From Azolla caroliniana (Eukaryota > Plantae > Polypodiophyta), in the NCBI GenBank assembly GCA_043228905.1, contig JBHGNT010000002.1, positions 27,094,001-27,158,000 of the forward strand: a stretch of DNA of 64,000 bases, in the 5' to 3' direction. Positions within the stretch are counted from its first letter, which is position 1. Every line of letters begins with the position of its first letter. Shown here piece after piece: positions 13,032 through 26,029 of this stretch. The position numbers were made by a program, and so were the translations under genes. The notes below the pieces were generated by a model. The model was not told where the DNA came from, ran no database searches, and saw only the letters and a list, made by a program, of their open reading frames with translations.

Positions 13032-15851
13032 ATGGGAAACTATTGTTGTGCAAAGCCCGGGGTAATGGAACCTCCCACAATGAAGACACATGATATATCT
13101 ACTCCAAAGCTAGGTATTAAGTTCATATGGAATCACACACACACATACACCGTACTGTTGTCTTAACCAAATTCTTAAAGAATTTAATATTTGCAAAAAG
13201 AATTCAAGTTGTATGTGAATTTCTTACTTTCAGATGTACAAAATGGTGAGAAAATGTCAGTGCGGACGTTTTCACAGGTAATTGATTCGCCTCTGTTGTC
13301 ATTGGAGAGCCTTAAGTTAGCTACTCATAACTTCGGACCCAAATCTCTCATCGGAGAAGGTTCGTGTGGACAAGTCTACTATGCGGAGGTGGATGGACAA
13401 CCTATGGCAATCAAAAAGCTGAAAGCGAGCATTACCCAGGACGAAGTCTTGATTCAGGTGGTTCCCTATATAAGTGAGAGGTTTGGTTTATCTCATAAAC
13501 TAACTAACTGCTCAAACAGCACATGTAACTGCTCGAGAGGGGGCTGGCCAAGGTCATTACGGGAAATAACAAAAACATAGGAGCATTTTTGGAGAGAAAG
13601 AAAATCTCATGGGTATTTCGGACTGTTTCTCTGTAATTTAACGGTGGGATTTTGTTTTTGTTTATATATTCTTGTGGTTGTTTGGAGAGTGTAAGATGCT
13701 GACATGAATATGGAATGGGAAACCCATTGACACATTTGTCAGTGTTGGGCCTTCTAAAGTACAACACTGTTGTTTACACTCCTTCACCTATTATTATGTC
13801 CCATGTGTTTGTATAAGTTCAGCATTTTTCTAGAACTTCAAAGTCTAGACATATTGCTATGGGTCTTTCTCAATACACGATAGAAAATGTTATAGTCTTA
13901 ATGTCTTTTTAAAGACTAATGTCTTAATTTTGAAATGCAGGCTTCAGTGGCTTCAAAATTGAAACATGAAAATATTGTCAATCTTTTGGGTTATTATGTT
14001 GACCACAACATCCGTATTCTTGCATATGAATATGCAACAAAGAAATCCTTGTATGAGCTACTTCATGGTACTAATGTTTCTATTACATATTTCCATGTTA
14101 TTTTGGTTGGTCATAAGTCTTTCATAGAATATTACATATTTCCATGAATAGGTTACAGCGTGATATGGATTCCTGAATCTTAGGCTTTTTTTTTGTATTT
14201 TGATAGGTCAAAAAAGTGGGAAACAAAGGAATGTTCTTGATTGGATGCAGAGGGTTAAGATAGCAGTAGGTGCAGGGGAGGGCTTGAGATATCTCCATGA
14301 GAATGCCCAACCAACAATTGTTCATAATGAGTTTCGGTCATGTAATGTGCTTATTTTTGACGATTTTACCGCAAAAGTTGCAGATTTTAATCTCTCAAAT
14401 CAGCCATCTGTACGTCTCCACTCTACTAGAGTATTGGGTGGACTTGGTTATCAAGCTCCAGAGTAAGTCATTTAAGGGCTCGTTAAAGAAATGTACAAAT
14501 AACTATGTATGTATGCGCACAAGTATATATATGCATGCATGCATGTGCCACTATACATTGAACATCAATACAAGTAAATAATTTTTTACATAAATATATT
14601 TATGTCCAGCCGCTATTGCATTTGAAGATAAATACCAATAACTGTATACGTGTATATGTTATAAAATTAGGCAACATAGTCTTGGGCTGATTTTCAGAGC
14701 ATACTGAGCATGATACCTTTTTTTGCAGTTGAGGAAAACTGAAGTTCGATATGTGCATGTTTTGTATATGAATTTTGGTGCATAAATAGATCATTATTGT
14801 TTCACTTTGCATGAGATAGAATGCATTTTTGGTACATAAAAAAGCAAAGAAATGTTTCCAATGTAGAGAACTATCAAACCTTTCATTAAAGATTTCTCTT
14901 CTTGATGGACCCCTTTTAAAGAGGGTCATGCCATCAGTATACATGAATTATGTCACAGTAGTATGTCTTATAAATGCAGATGTAAATTAGATAGTTTTTT
15001 GGAAGGAAATTTATTTTCATATGTTCATGATATCAAGGGTCAAAAATCATTTGCTACAAACTTGAGCTTATATTTAAGATTGCAAACATGTATGTCGCAG
15101 ATTTGCAATGACTGGACAACTCACACAGAAGAGTGATGTTTATAGTTTTGGAGTGGTATTGCTAGAGCTACTGACAGGAAGGAAACCCATTGATCACGCG
15201 ATGCCTCGTGGACAGCAAAGTCTAGTAGTATGGGTATGCACGAAAAGCAATCTGGTTATGATCAGTTCAGTTTCGGCCTGTGAATTTCCAAATATATGTT
15301 TTGATTAGAAACATTGACTTCACATTTTTATAGGCATCTACTCGACTAACTGAAGATAAAGTGGCCGAATGCATAGATCCAAAATTGCTGGAATACCCTC
15401 CAAAGGATGTTGCCAAGGTAGTAAATATATCGGAAAAGCACCAAAATACCCCCCTAACTTTTGGGTATTTATTAGAATACCTCCCTCGTATTTCAAAGGT
15501 TTGAAGGACAAAGGGTATTCTCGTAATTGCTCAAAACTGAGATGTATTATGGTAAATCTCCAAAACGTTAGGGGTATTTTGGTGTTCTCATTGGATACAT
15601 TAAGATTTTTGTTTAAAAGGTATATACATAAAAAGGAAAAATATACTGCATAGGAGTAGACATGTCTTTTGGTCTTTCCCTAAATGCTGATGTGTTATTT
15701 TTGTTTTCATACTTGTTGCTTTTAGATGGCGACAGTTGCATCTCTCTGTTTGCAATATTCAGCCGACCTTCGACCAAACATGACTGTAGTTGTAAAACAA
15801 TTGCAAACTTTAATGTCCTCCAAATCAAAAGTCGTTGATGCTAATAGATAA
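13032..15851 (+). CDS. Pti1-like receptor-like cytoplasmic kinase (RLCK-VIII), probable pseudokinase, 343 aa
   Basis: Seven exons: 13032-13113, 13234-13457, 13941-14067, 14207-14462, 15101-15233, 15334-15417, 15726-15851, all GT-AG and phase-consistent. Motifs: [65 protein letters not shown]-terminus MGNYCC. Confidence 0.93.
15432..15590. mobile_element. Mutator-like MITE in intron 6 of the kinase gene
   Basis: Terminal inverted repeats ggaaaagcaccaaaataccccctaac / gttaggggtattttggtgttctc. No clear TSD. Confidence 0.7.
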
Positions 15852-16540
15852 TCAGGATTCAGCATTGGATGATTGTTTCAAAACTTCTATACTTGAGAAG
15901 GAAAAACTAGTCGGTGCAACTAACATATATAGAAAACAATTCATCATTATATGCTAACTTGGTTGTTCACAAAATTAGGAACGATCCATGGCAGAGAAGC
16001 AATGACCTTGATGAGGTGACCATCTTAAACAGACACTAATGCGCCCCTCATATTCTTCCAGCCTTTCATGCCCTCTTTCAATTTATTCGTGTAGGAGAAG
16101 TTCAAAAATCAGACTTCTCTGTTTGCAACCCTATATCTCTGAGAGGAAATGAAATTGCCATGGAACTTTAGACGTACAAAAAGATAGCAAATAGCTCTCT
16201 GATATAGTTTTCTTTAGGAATATCTGCATCTGTTTTCATTGAATTTGTAACAATACTCTAGTTGGTCTCAAGTTCTTAAAATTCAGCTGTAAGACATGGC
16301 GTCTTGCTCACTGTGTAATTATCTTAGTACTTATCAATTTGCAGAGCACCATAGTTCTTGTGAAGGAAACAAAATATTGAGCGGCTTAATCCATGTATAT
16401 ACAAAATAATAATAATGCCCTCGACTTATTATATATGCTAATAAAAGAATGTGCAAAATCTGGCTGCAACTAAAACCTTTGTTTTTCTCCATTTTTATGA
16501 AGCAGTGGGTTTATATCACTAGGTGCATTGCATCAATATC

Positions 16541-16868
16541 TGTACCTAAAATATGTGGGGAGGGTTGTGTTACCCGAGGAGCATATGGTCTGTTAGTGAA
16601 CTGTAGATCTAAGATGTTTAGTCAGCTCGTGGATCAAAGACACGGAAAAGTATAAATAAATTATATCACATGCTCTTATCAATGGTGTCAAACGTACGTA
16701 ATGTACCTAAAATATGTGGAGAAGGTTGTGTTGCCCTAGGAGTATATGGTCTGTTAGTGAAATGTAGATCTAAGGAAGATATCTAGTCAAGCTAGTAGAT
16801 CAAAGACACGGAAAAGTATAAATAAATTATATCACATGATTATCAATGATGTCAAAAGTAGGTAATGT
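16541..16868. repeat. Tandem duplication (~161-bp unit) between convergent genes
   Basis: tgtacctaaaatatgtgg...gatcaaagacacggaaaagtataaataaattatatcacatg... at 16541 and 16702. Confidence 0.9.
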
Positions 16869-17994
16869 GATAACAAGTGACAATAGTCCTTGGGGCTCCT
16901 TCAAGGAACATACGAAAACTTTTTGCCAATATCAATTAATGTAATAAATTAATTGGGTGAGTAGTTAACACTGATGGAGAATAATCATTTGGTCAAATTT
17001 TGTGCCACCAAACAAAACCAGGCATTAAATAGTCTGAGTAAACTAATGTGTACTCCATCCAAGTCTCAATTAAAAAATTGCAAGGCATTTGCTATGTTTG
17101 GAATAGATTTCATATGGAACTAGTAACCGTCCTAAAAATGATCATAACTGTTGGTGTATTAGCTTTGCCTTTGTTGAAGGCCATATAATTTGATCCTCAT
17201 TGAAGAAAATGTTCCAAATTCAATGTTGTAATGTTGTAAACCCATATTTCCAGGGCATGTAAGGTTCCATATCTTAAACAAAAAATTATCACGAGGCATT
17301 ATAATCAAGACAGCATTGTTCAGTTTTGAGCTCACAATCTTATAATTGCAGAGTGGATTCAGTATTTTATACTGTGGATACCATTTTTCTAGTACAAATA
17401 AATAAACCTCATTGTATGGCTCAAACCACCTAATAGTTTCACAAACCTAAAGCATTCTTCATAATGCAAAAGTAGAATTCAGTGATCGTCTATTTCAAGG
17501 TGATGATCAAGATGATTGTCATGGTCTGTTTTTATGACAGTTTTTTATATGCAAACTAATATTGGCAACACAACCACATCCAGATCACCAACATACAAGT
17601 TACATGCCAAGAAATGAATGATTTAAATCTTTTATTTCAATGCTCCAAAACCCCAAAAGACTTGGCTACACAAAAGAATTGAAGTTGATGGCCTCATTAG
17701 AAATCTTGCAATCCTTACCAAATACATTATTTGTCTCACACCGCCATTATTTTTTATGACTCACAGTTGTGATGATGTGGTAGGGAGTAAAGCCATTACA
17801 TCATAGAAGAGGCCATTTTGTTGTAAGTACCAGGTGGTTCTTCGTAGAACCATATATATCCAGAAAAAGAATCATGTACGGTAGCTTTTGGTATGTCTCA
17901 TTTTATCTTGAGAAGAAACCCTTGGATCCAATTTATGCTGATCTACTTCCATGCCATTTGTTAGGCTTTGCTTTTAGTACTTAGTATGGGTAAA

Positions 17995-20900
17995 TCATGC
18001 TTCATATTGAAGAATGGTAACTTCTTCCACAACAACCCATGGTTGGACCTCCCCATAATCACTTACACTTAGAGTACAACTCTGATAACATGGAAAAAGA
18101 AAAGAAAAGAGAAAAAGGTATTAATATTGACATCTCATAAAAGATTATTATGCCTACGGGACCTAAACAAAGATCGCAATCATTAATGCTGTCTCTTCAA
18201 AGAGAGGAACAAAGCAGGGATAAACATATGCTAGTTTAACATCCTAATAAAATGAAAAGAACTGTTAAAAGAGTTGTGCAAGTTACCTTGGCGCATGAAA
18301 AAACAATCAAAGTGAGCCATTCCCAAGCATTGGGAGAATAAGAGGTCAATGGATGGTCTTTGCAAGCTTGTTGCAAGTAGTACAGGAGTGGTGGCATCAA
18401 CTGCATCTCATACACCCTTGGTCCTCCACAATGGGAGCACATACCTGTTTCGGTCTCATCTTTGCATGCCCACAATGGTTTCCCTTTAAAACAATACCTA
18501 AAAATTCATTGATTGCATTCAGTTCGATCATTTCAAAATAAAAACCATAAAGTTGAATAATGATACAAACACACTTTTGAACAACTCCCAAAAGGCAAAT
18601 ATAAGACCTATTTCGGCATTATCTGGTCAATTCATTTCCCTCCTCTGGACTACAAATGCTATTCAAGGAACCATATTGCCAATTCATCCCCTTTTTTCTG
18701 ATTATTATATCTGGCTATTCAAGGAATAATATGATCACTTCATCCTTTTGTCAATCCTTCAGGGCCTCACCAAGAGCTTTCACAGAAATAACAAAGACAA
18801 ACATTTTGGAGAAATAACAGATACCCAAGTGTTTCAGTGTTTTCCACTTATTTGGTGATACCACTCATACCAAGGAGAATACCTGAAGCATTGCTCTGAA
18901 CAAGAATCCACTTATTTTGGAGAAATAATAGATAGCCAAGTGTTTCAGTGTTTTCCACTTATTTAGTGACACCACTCATACCAAGGAGAATACCTGAAGC
19001 ATTGCTCTGAACAAGAATCCAATCTCTTTTTGAACTTGCTCAGCCAACTCCCAAAGACAATTATATGTGATATTATAAGCGTTATCTAGTAAATTCAATT
19101 CCCTCTGGACTGTATGTGCTATTCAAGGAATCATGTGGGCCATCATCCCCTTTTTGCCAATTATTATATACGCTATTCGAGCAAACATGGTCAATTCATC
19201 CCTTTTCCAATCATTCAGGGGCTTCCCCAAGGGCTTTAGCATAAATAACAACAACACATGGCCATTTTGGGGAAATACAGGAAAACCAAGGGTATTTCAG
19301 GAATTTTCTCCTTATTTGGTGACACCACTCATACAAGGATAATACCTGAAACATTGCTCTGGACAGCAATCTAATCTCTTTTTGAACTTGAGATAAGTTC
19401 GATCAGCAGACAAAGCCCTATCGTGTTCGTATTCCTCTCCTTCCCAGACCTCCTCCCTGGATGATACTTCTATTTGATCTATGCTCTCCAATGCCGAGGC
19501 TGGTTGGCTTCCTTGAGAAGGACATGACTCATTCTGAGGATACACATAGAAACAAGGGAGCACTGAAAAGGCAAAGGAACTGATGTTATACATACATCAT
19601 TACATGGATACAATTTATAACTAGTTTTCCTGTATCTACTAGTGATATTGAAAATACACCACTGAGATACAAGGCACAACAATAATGGACGGGGAAACAA
19701 AACTCTGAATCAACATCTTCTGCTTTCTTTGTTGCCAAAAAAGCCGATGAATAATCTTACTTGAACATTTACATGGTCAATTCATACTCCCTGTCTCTTT
19801 TCCAGGAGTTGACCAGGGGTATTTGGAAATAATGAAACTGAGGGGTATTTGGGGCGATATTGAAAACTCAATGGTATCTGGAGTATTTGTGTAATAGAAA
19901 TATTTTACCTATGTCTGTTTTTTGAAATAAAGATCGTATTCACAATCATAAAAAAACTAAATAGGTCGCTTTATTAAAGTAATGGCATTTATGAACTATG
20001 ATATATCCTCACGAAGAGAATATTATGTAAGGAACTGATACTGTGGCTAATGAAGAGAAGCGACAGCGCTCATCCTTATGAGATGCAATGACTCAGTAAA
20101 TGTTTTCCAAAGAATCATTACCTGAGAAGTCTTGTAGGGCTCTACTCTGCATCTTAGGATTTATATGTAGTATGTTTGAGCATACAACCAAGAGAGATCA
20201 TGGTAGACACCAAATGGCTAAAGATAGAAACTTCCACAAATTAATTTGATTCCGACAACCAAATCCAGCAGGTACCTAATGAATGCTTGGTCACATCCAA
20301 AGCACAGACGTCGGTAAGCAATATCGACTAGAGCGTTCTCAGCAAATCCCTAAACACATAAGCTGATCAGAATTAAGTTTTAACGTCACACAACTGACAA
20401 CCAACCCTCTGATCAAAGCTGGCATGGCCTCTAATTGAGAAAGAAAGAGATGTGGTGCTAACTAGCAATACTGGAAAATCACTATCGAGGGACTTATCCA
20501 ACCTTAATCACATGAGGAATGCTAGTGATCGTGTGGAAAGACCTTAATCCACATCCTCTTCTTCTGCTGCATGAACAGACCTACCACTTCTTAGCTCTAA
20601 CAAGCATCACATGGCCAGCATCATCCTCTTCATACCCGCGCTGACCTGAACCATACTGAGCAGACCGACAACCGAATTATCAACTCGACAACATGTGCAT
20701 CCAAATAACATGTTTGTGATATTGGTGCTCAGTTATCAAACTGTAAAGCCAGCCCAACCTCCCATGGAAATCAACTATAAATCCTCCATATCTTGGGAAA
20801 AACCATATAGTTCCGAATTATTTCCAAATCATATGGTCAACAATATGAAAAGTAGCATATTCTAATAGTTGACATATGACCACCAAATATATCTGCACTC

Positions 20901-22320
20901 TAAAGACATAAACGATACATGTCAAATGAGATTTACCAGGTAAACCATGACCTACGGATTCTGTGGTACCATTCTCATCAATGGATGCAATCTCTTCTTC
21001 GACTTCAAGGTTAATGGGCAAGGATGAAGCTGACGCAGTATATCCAGCCTCTAGAAGGGCTGCTTCAAGTTCGTCCATTGCCAAAAATGCTTCTTCTGCC
21101 ATGTCATCCCTTCTGACAGCCTCTGGCTCCCAACCGTCATTGTCCCACCATTCATTACCCTGGCGTTGATTATTTGAATCATTTTCTACTTCTTGTTCCC
21201 TTGATTCATCTCTTGCCACATCAGCTACCGATGAACTTGAATCATTACTGACCCTATTCTGAGATGTACTCTGAACACGAAGTGTCCTCCAACTACATAA
21301 AACCATGGCTTTCTTAGGCATATTGATGTAGAATCATACTGAAAAAAGAATGTGGTTATTTCTAGAGAAAAGTAAATGCAACAGTGCATGACCTCAATGG
21401 ACTTATGCCACAACTCGATGATGGGCAACCAAGGATGTAAAGGGTCCTCTCCTCAATCTTGATTCCCCTTATTGATACTGGAGCATATATCTGCAACATT
21501 TTCTTTTTAAGATATTTCTAAAACACCATATAAGATTGTACAGAAACAAGGCAGGTGAACCTGTGCAACTAGTGAGAGGACGCCGCCACACAATCCACAT
21601 TTTCGTAGTTCACTATTTATAGCCTCTGCTGCCATTGCCCAATCCTGCTAATAGAATATCTTTGATTGTTACCATATGATTAAATTATAGAACCAATTCA
21701 CTTAACAAATAAAATGCCCACTTCCCCTTCCCTACTCACGGATGTGTTTTCGACATGCAATATTAAGCTTAATTCCACATGTTTATACTCCTCGCACTGA
21801 AACGAAACAGAAACTTACTGGGAGGCCACCAATTTTTGTAGTATAATGATCACTACGTTCGTGATTTTCCTCTGCCCAAGGGCCAGGCATGCCAAGAATG
21901 ACCTCCTTTGTCTGTTAATGAAGAACAAACCACATTGCAAAACATTGGCACACAATGAAACTAAACATGATATGAAATAACAAAACATTAAATAACATGA
22001 CATCTCATAGCATCAGAAAACGTCACATAACATTAAATAACGACCCATGACATCAACATAATATAAAATAACATCAGGTAACATCACAGAATATTCTATA
22101 GCATCACATCACAGAACATTCCATAGCATCACATCACAAGCACACCATAGCATCTCATAGCATATCATCACATCGCATAAAAAAAACATAATATGACAAA
22201 GCAAATCAAGAAGAAAAAAACATCTCTCCTAGAAACATGAATACAGTGATATTTGCATGCATAGTGGAGACTGACCGAATAATCGTACGTATCCAGATCT
22301 GATGGCAAAGGGCGACCCAT
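17995..22320 (-). CDS. Programmed cell death protein 2-like (PDCD2_C domain; TSR4/PDCD2L family), 396 aa
   Basis: Eight exons: 22276-22320, 21819-21911, 21561-21644, 21393-21490, 20937-21292, 19346-19562, 18287-18497, 17995-18081. Motifs: [91 protein letters not shown]. Confidence 0.93.
18590..19390 (-). repeat. Tandem duplication of the exon-6 3' end plus proximal intron within PDCD2-like intron 6
   Basis: The donor region atacctgaa.cattgctctg occurs three times (~18880, ~18990, ~19343), and the flanking intron blocks are duplicated. Confidence 0.85.
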
Positions 22321-24705
22321 TTTCTCTTGAACCAGGTGAATGTGGCTCCCTTATGATAGCTGCGAATCCTCGGTGAGAGACAGAGACGAACAAATTATAT
22401 ACCCTTACTTCGGAGGGGTATTATTGTAATTATTATTAGCATTAGATACCCTTTGGTTTTTCTTTATTTCCTCGGGATGTCCTCATCACCTTACCTTAAG
22501 TTAGACTCTACAATATTGTCCTCATCACCACATATGCAATCCTTAAAGATCACACATGAAGACAAACAAAAACCGCTATCAAATATTGTGATGATCTCGC
22601 AATATCATTGAACTATTATTACTATTCTTTGTAATCTATCCATTGTGTTTTGACATTCAATCATTATTAACCCTTAGATTTATGGAGGCCATTGTCTTAT
22701 ATTTGGTAGAGCAAACAAGAAACGAGGAAAAGTTGCTCCCACTCTAATATTGTTGTCGTGGTCATTGATGTTTATTGTCAAACAACTAGGGCGTTGGTGT
22801 TGGTCTCCAATAGATAGGAGTGTATAGTATATAGCTATGGAATACAAATGTGGATTGAACTTTGTTATGAAATGACTCACTTGTCATTAACAATAAGTAA
22901 ACAAACTTACTACACAAAGTTAATAACGTAAGATCGAGTACTAGAGTTGACACATAACAAAGGTGGAAGGATAGTAAATGAATCATAAGCACTACAATTG
23001 CATATAACACTTGTAGGTTATAACAACAAGTTAGACCGCAACTATTCTAATATTGATATAATAAAAGAAGCACAACTCTACTCAAGTGGCATCTCTGTTA
23101 AGATGGTTTGAAAAGGATTAGTAGATTGCTAATCAATCTAGGTGGACTCTAACTAGGGAATCATAGTGGTAGAGAATTGTAGTTTTGTGCCAACACAACT
23201 CTTTCATCATACAATGAATTCTTTAATGATTGCTTGCCTCATGGTGGCGTAGCTGAGGAATTGGGGGATGTCACTCTCCCAATAACAAAAAACTACCTCA
23301 TGCCTCAACACATAAAAACACTTACCTCTCCTCTCCATGCAATCGTGGAAGCATCAAAGACTTCTTAAGCTAAACTAAGATTAACCACACTTAATGACAA
23401 CGTTAATTATGAAATATGTTTGTTTTAATTAAATAGATAATTACTATATTAGAAACCTTTGAGATGTTTGACTTAAATAGATTAATACTAAGTAAACAAG
23501 ATATATATCTCAATCAATTCGTGTGGAAAATCATCAAGGAGGAAAGTTAATCTTAGTGGATGCCAAGGGGAGAGAAGGTATTCCCAAAGTTGAGGTACCG
23601 AAAGGTCCCTTTGAGATAAGTTGCTTTACTTTCACTCACTCTCATCCCCTTACGTGTGTACCGACTTGGATATTGCTTTCTCCCAATTAGCATGCTTGAT
23701 GCTCATTTGATGGATGGCATGTATAGTTGGTTGACTAACTACCATGTGAAGTCAAGAGTTGTATCTATGTGAATATTCACTGTGAATTCCGCCATACTAT
23801 TGTTGTTAATATTTAGTGTAAAACAACCATGGGCAGGTTAGGTTATGCATAATGAACTCAGTCTGTGTTCTTGTTGTTAGTCATCAGTCGACAATAAATA
23901 CTTGGTGGATGGTAGTGAGAAATCTATAGGATTTATACTACACCAACAAGACAATGGTTAAAGATTACAATATTTGGTTACTAGCACAAATCTACCAATG
24001 GCAATACAAAGGGATTATAACTCTATTATGTTGGCGGGCCCTTTATAGATATCTAGTGACACATGTCAATGACTATTCTTTACCATTATGGTTGCCAAGT
24101 GTTGCCAACTATTCTCTACCATCATCATTATCCAAGTGTTGGTGACTATTTTCTACTATCACTATGTGTTTCAATCGTGCATGTTGATCCACTCTATTTG
24201 TTGCTCTTTTGTTTTTCATAATGTAAGCAATTAATCACTAGGCACAACCCATTATGATAATAAAGGGTTAGATTAGTTCATACCACCTTGAGGCATTCAT
24301 ACTCTTAATATCCATTCTTGGAGGATGGCACAACTCTTTAAGCAATGTTCTACCTTGATCATGGTTGCTCTTGTCTCTTGCATGAATTGTTGGATACCAA
24401 AGAAGAGGGGAAGTAGGAATTGACAAGCGTAATACAAAAAATTAACACATCTTAACACATTAGCACAAAGAGTAAATTTATGTGGAGTAAACAATGAATA
24501 GAATACACCACACCAATAGATAGGAACTTGACTAACCATTAATCCGCATTCACGCATTACAACTATGCTATTCAGGCTACTTAAATATGTTTACATGGTG
24601 TTGTTTGGTTTTTAGTTTAGTGTTTTATTCATTGACCGCTTGACAAAGTGATCCCTATCATATTAAAAATAACCATATGGCCTAATTAAGCATGGTTACA
24701 TTATA

Positions 24706-24912
24706 AAGTAAGTACAAAGGACCCAAAGAATCTCTTAAGTAAAGAAATTTGTGTTTTAAGGGTATTATGGTAAATAGGGCTTGTAGATTTGAGTGTATAA
24801 TTATTTTATAAAGTGTATTTTTTTGGACATAGGGGTAGTTTGGTAATTTTGGAACTTCCAGGGGCATTCTGGTAAATAGACGAACTTCTAGGGGTATCCT
24901 GGTACTTTTCCC
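24706..24912. mobile_element. ~207-bp Mutator-like MITE / solo-TIR element
   Basis: Perfect 9-bp TSD tacattata at 24697-24705 and 24913-24921. Near-identical to the arms of the element at 46620-47967. Confidence 0.88.
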
Positions 24913-25813
24913 TACATTATACTATGGCATTTCGACCATCACACAAGCCAAATGGCAAAGACACACAGAAAGTCTCCTCCCAAAACTAGCTTTGCAACAT
25001 CGATATTGACATTAATTTCCCATAATGTTGGGCCCTAAAATGATAACATTGCAACACACATTTTTAAGACAAGACAAATAACACATTATTATGCACAAAA
25101 GCATAGTGTGAAAGGATTGCCTTCAAACTTGTATACGTTCTTGAATCTCTTCTACCTTGTATAAGCATGAGGGTGTATTGATAAGGACGAGAATCATAAC
25201 TCAAGATTGTGGTTTTAAGTTTCAAGTAATGGGTTTGAAATGTGTAAAAACACATTATAATGTTCATTCTCGCAAGAATGGTTTTACAACATTAACATTT
25301 ACACATAATTTCACATTAGAAAATGTGAAAATGGTAGCATGTGTCACTCTTAATGGTAGTGCTAAAAGATATATTATGCTTATTTGGACAAGGTTTAGGT
25401 TGAATGCTTTGGATGTACATGTATATGTTATTGCTAATTACCCTTTCAAATATAGTGTAAACAAATCCTTCAGAATGTCTTGCTGTTCAAAATGGCATTT
25501 TCATCCTTTCAAAGACAGTGAAAACAAATGATGCCACATAGTTTTACCCTAATTCCTAAAACCTGAACCGAAAGCTTATTGTATGCCCTACAAAACACGT
25601 TTTTGCTAGGCACCAAGGAAAGTATGACCGAATCCATTTCTTATGAAACACATTTGAGTTCAGACGACCAAGGAGAACTGAAATTATAGATCATGGTCAT
25701 GGGAAATGTACATGCAGAAGTGTATTTACTCAATTGGTGATGAATGTAGAACCAGTGATGAGAAGGATCCATAGCTGAATCAAGTAAGGTTGTTTCTCTC
25801 ATTGAAAGTCTTC

Positions 25814-25853
<40 letters not shown>

Positions 25854-26029
25854 TACACAGATAAGACAAATCCTTAGAGTTTCCATGGTTGGACAAACCC
25901 AACTCTCTCATCTGAAGTTTCAGAGCAGGTGAAATGAAGAAACAAATCGCATCATATTTGTGTATTTTCAAAAAATGGGCATTCCCAAATGAAAATGGAA
26001 AAGGCTGATCATGCCATGGATTATTCTAC

